Shown here in pieces: positions 48,208-50,492 of a DNA stretch of 50,492 bases (position 1 is the stretch's first letter; every line of letters starts with the position of its first letter). Source of the stretch: Elusimicrobiota bacterium (GTDB lineage: Bacteria; CG03; SLGR01; JBDRKX01); NCBI GenBank assembly GCA_043813605.1, contig JBDRKX010000096.1, positions 1 through 50,492 of the forward strand. Direction: 5' to 3'. The notes beneath the pieces are model-generated. The model was not told the DNA's origin, searched no databases, and saw only the letters and a program-made list of their open reading frames with translations. Position numbers and translations under genes: made by a program.

Positions 48208-49500
48208 TCAGGTCCTGTCACCCTTAAGCGAATGCGCAAGCGCATCAGTTATCCTGACTCTGACAGTTTCGTCCGGTTCTGCCGCGGCGCCTTCCCAGTA
48301 TACGATCTTGTAATTGCCCGTTCTGCCGTTTGCCGGCCCTTCGGGAAAGATTTCTACAATTTCACCTATATGGAGAGAATTCCTTTTTAAGGCAGTTTCT
48401 GTACACAGTTCATTCAGGTGCTGAAGCCGTTCTTTTTTTTCTTCGAGCGCCACATCGTCATCGAAATCCGCTGCTTCTGTTCCCGGCCGCGGAGAATATT
48501 TAAATGTGAATGACTGATCAAATTCCACTTGTTTTACTACATCGAGAGTCATTTTAAAATCGTCCTCAGTTTCACCCGGAAACCCGACGATAAAATCGCT
48601 CGATATTGCCGCCCCAGGGATCTTTTCCCTGATATACATCACATTTTCCAGGAAATCTTTTATGCTGTATTTGCGGTTCATACGCTGAAGCACTTTGTCC
48701 GATCCCGACTGTACGGGAATATGGAAATAATCAGAGAGTACCGGCTCTTCCGCAACTGTATCAACAAGTCCCCTGTCCAGTTTCCCCGGGTACGAAGTAA
48801 CGAACCTTACCCTTTGAATACCGTTTATACCGGCTGTCCCTTTAAGTATTTTTTTAAAATCCGGATGAGAGTTGACTGACTGGCCGAGAAGCATAATTTC
48901 GCGCACACCCGCATCGGAAAGCGCACTGCATTCTCTGATTATATCATCCACCGGCCGGTACTGTTCTTTACCCCTGACATACGGTACGATACAGTAAGTG
49001 CAGTAATTACAGCATCCCTTCATTATCGGGACATACCCGCTGTAATGCCTTGTCTTATCTACAATATCAGGCAATACATCATAAAACACTTTTACTTTGT
49101 CTTCCGTGTCCGGAAATGAACCGGAGAGTTTTTTTGTTAACATTTCAGGGATATCGAACATAGTCGAGGGCCCGACTACAAGGTCTACATGAGACTGGCT
49201 GTCAATTATCGATTTCTGCATGCGCTGCGCCATGCATCCTACTATGCATATAGAAATATCAGGCTTTTTGTCCTTAATGAATTTCAGTCTGCCTATATGG
49301 CTCATTGCCTTCTGTTCCGCGTGTTCCCTCACTGAACACGTGTTGAAGATTATCACATCGGCATCCCAGATGACATCAGCCGTCTCATAACCTTTTGAGA
49401 CGAATATCTCCTCGAGCCGCCGGGAATCAGCTTTGTTCATCTGGCAGCCGAAAGTTTTAATGTAGACTTTAAGCTTGGAATTGCCTTCTGTCGACGACAT
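48208..49500 (-). CDS. miaB: tRNA-2-methylthio-N6-dimethylallyladenosine synthase
   Basis: TFGCQMN..DS, NTCSVRE.AE, GCMAQ, CxxxCxxC (CCNYCTYC), IVGFPGET, YSPRPGT, TRAM domain. Confidence 0.95.
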   Translation of the reverse strand: MSSTEGNSKLKVYIKTFGCQMNKADSRRLEEIFVSKGYETADVIWDADVIIFNTCSVREHAEQKAMSHIGRLKFIKDKKPDISICIVGCMAQRMQKSIIDSQSHVDLVVGPSTMFDIPEMLTKKLSGSFPDTEDKVKVFYDVLPDIVDKTRHYSGYVPIMKGCCNYCTYCIVPYVRGKEQYRPVDDIIRECSALSDAGVREIMLLGQSVNSHPDFKKILKGTAGINGIQRVRFVTSYPGKLDRGLVDTVAEEPVLSDYFHIPVQSGSDKVLQRMNRKYSIKDFLENVMYIREKIPGAAISSDFIVGFPGETEDDFKMTLDVVKQVEFDQSFTFKYSPRPGTEAADFDDDVALEEKKERLQHLNELCTETALKRNSLHIGEIVEIFPEGPANGRTGNYKIVYWEGAAAEPDETVRVRITDALAHSLKGDRT

Positions 49501-49724
49501 TTAACCTCCTTTTGAAGTGATTTATTTAGAAATTTTGCGCGCGGTGCGCTATCGCGCACAGAATCTGGAAATAATGAATTGAAGGGGGCAAAAAAATCAT
49601 AAGAAAAAATATCTTTCCTGGCGATTCTGATGTTTTTAGCGTATTGCTTTCAGCAATCCGCAGCGGCAACAATTAATTGCCGCTAAAAAGCAGGCATTAT
49701 TACATCCCACCACCCTCCATAAAA

Positions 49725-49753
49725 TTGACAAACATGGATATAATAAGTATAGT
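49725..49753 (+). promoter_or_regulatory. sigma70 promoter for the excisionase-like gene
   Basis: TTGACA-N17-TATAGT; SD AGGAG before ATG 49789. Confidence 0.7.
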
Positions 49754-49788
49754 AAGAGTAAATAGGTTATAATAGATAGGAGATAAAC

Positions 49789-50196
49789 ATGGAAGATTTA
49801 ATGGATGTGAATGAATTAGCAACATACTTGAAAGTAAATCCACAAACAATATATAACTGGGTTTCTAGTAAAAAGTTACCACATGTAAAAATTGGAGATC
49901 TGTTAAGGTTTAATAAAATGGATATTGATGACTGGCTAAAGAATAAATCATTTTTTCCTGATTGTATTAGATATAAAGATTTTGAAATTGTTGCAGTACC
50001 TTATCAATTAGCAGATTCAAAAGAATGGACTCTAAATATTAGGATAAGAAAATTTTATGACAATAAATTGATATCAAGGAATTTTAGTGGGTCAAATACT
50101 TTTAAATCGAAAGATGAAGCTAAAAAGCATTGCTATAATTTTGGCAAGCAAGTAATTGATGGAGAAGTAAAAAATTGTACTGTTGAAGATATGTAG
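49789..50196 (+). CDS. Excisionase-like (HTH_17) DNA-binding protein with an extra C-terminal domain
   Basis: LMDVNELATYLKVNPQTIYNWV...LPHVKIG..LRF...DID.WL; C-terminal YKDFEI...TFKSKDEA...GKQVID. Confidence 0.8.
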   Translation: MEDLMDVNELATYLKVNPQTIYNWVSSKKLPHVKIGDLLRFNKMDIDDWLKNKSFFPDCIRYKDFEIVAVPYQLADSKEWTLNIRIRKFYDNKLISRNFSGSNTFKSKDEAKKHCYNFGKQVIDGEVKNCTVEDM

Positions 50197-50209
50197 TTCG
50201 GAAGAAACA

Positions 50210-50492
50210 ATGAAAATAATTATTCGATTAGTCATTTTATTTGGGGTTTTTATGATATTTTACAATGGTGCGCCCTTAGCTGGTGGAATAACAATATTTT
50301 TATATCTATTTTTTGAATTATTGTTACACCTACATAATATAGAACTTACGAAAAAGACTGAAGAACAAAAAAAGAAATTCACGGGTATGAAGAAAAAAGA
50401 GGAAAATATTAATAGGGTTTTTGATGCATATATAGGCGAAAATGGTGTATCTAAAGGATATATGGGATTAGATGGATTAATCAGAGCAGGAG
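50210..50492 (+). CDS. Hypothetical membrane protein (partial, runs off the window)
   Basis: ATG at 50210, open to the window end: MKIIIRLVILFGVFMIFYNGAPLAGGITIFLYLFFELLL... (two hydrophobic segments). Confidence 0.6.
   Translation, partial: MKIIIRLVILFGVFMIFYNGAPLAGGITIFLYLFFELLLHLHNIELTKKTEEQKKKFTGMKKKEENINRVFDAYIGENGVSKGYMGLDGLIRAG

Noticed and set aside
49600..49690. c-di-GMP riboswitch-like hairpins, or a decayed signal-peptide ORF, upstream of miaB
   Set aside because: Two hairpins exist (about 49639-49661 and 49662-49684), but the GEMM core is incomplete and the short hydrophobic frame has no start codon
1..50492. CRISPR array, rRNA, tRNA, transposase or integrase
   Set aside because: No regularly spaced repeats, RNA-gene signatures or mobility ORFs seen by inspection

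Overview
Chromosomal window from a diderm bacterium (lnt, TolC, Omp85-type barrel, LapA); I cannot assign the taxon. Nearly all genes are on the minus strand. Left: housekeeping and envelope genes (frameshifted OmpR-type regulator, prfB with its +1 frameshift, lnt, secA, short uvrC, murJ, cstA, a peptidase/TolB/Omp85 fusion broken at a T10 tract, rpsA, ispH), then an RND+TolC pair with no adaptor gene. Middle (21.3-37.9 kb): a co-oriented nitrogen-assimilation cluster, in transcription order GAF-GAF-ANTAR regulator, KaiC-like/PPDK_N protein, gltB, gltD, ECF-type sigma factor, nadE, amtB, glnK, type III glnA. Three intergenic leaders of this cluster carry repeated C-(A/G)(A/T)AGNN-G hexaloop hairpins resembling ANTAR target RNAs. 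They sit at a predicted transcription start, on a stem that hides the sigma-factor RBS, and inside an intrinsic terminator before amtB. This suggests an ANTAR -> sigma factor -> amtB-glnK-glnA cascade, the most interesting signal here; it is inferred and untested. Right: uppP, LonC-like protease, a sufC::sufB/D deletion remnant, miaA-mutL-mutS-lapA-PilZ, miaB, then the start of an AT-rich plus-strand segment with an excisionase-like gene. I saw no rRNA, tRNA or CRISPR array.
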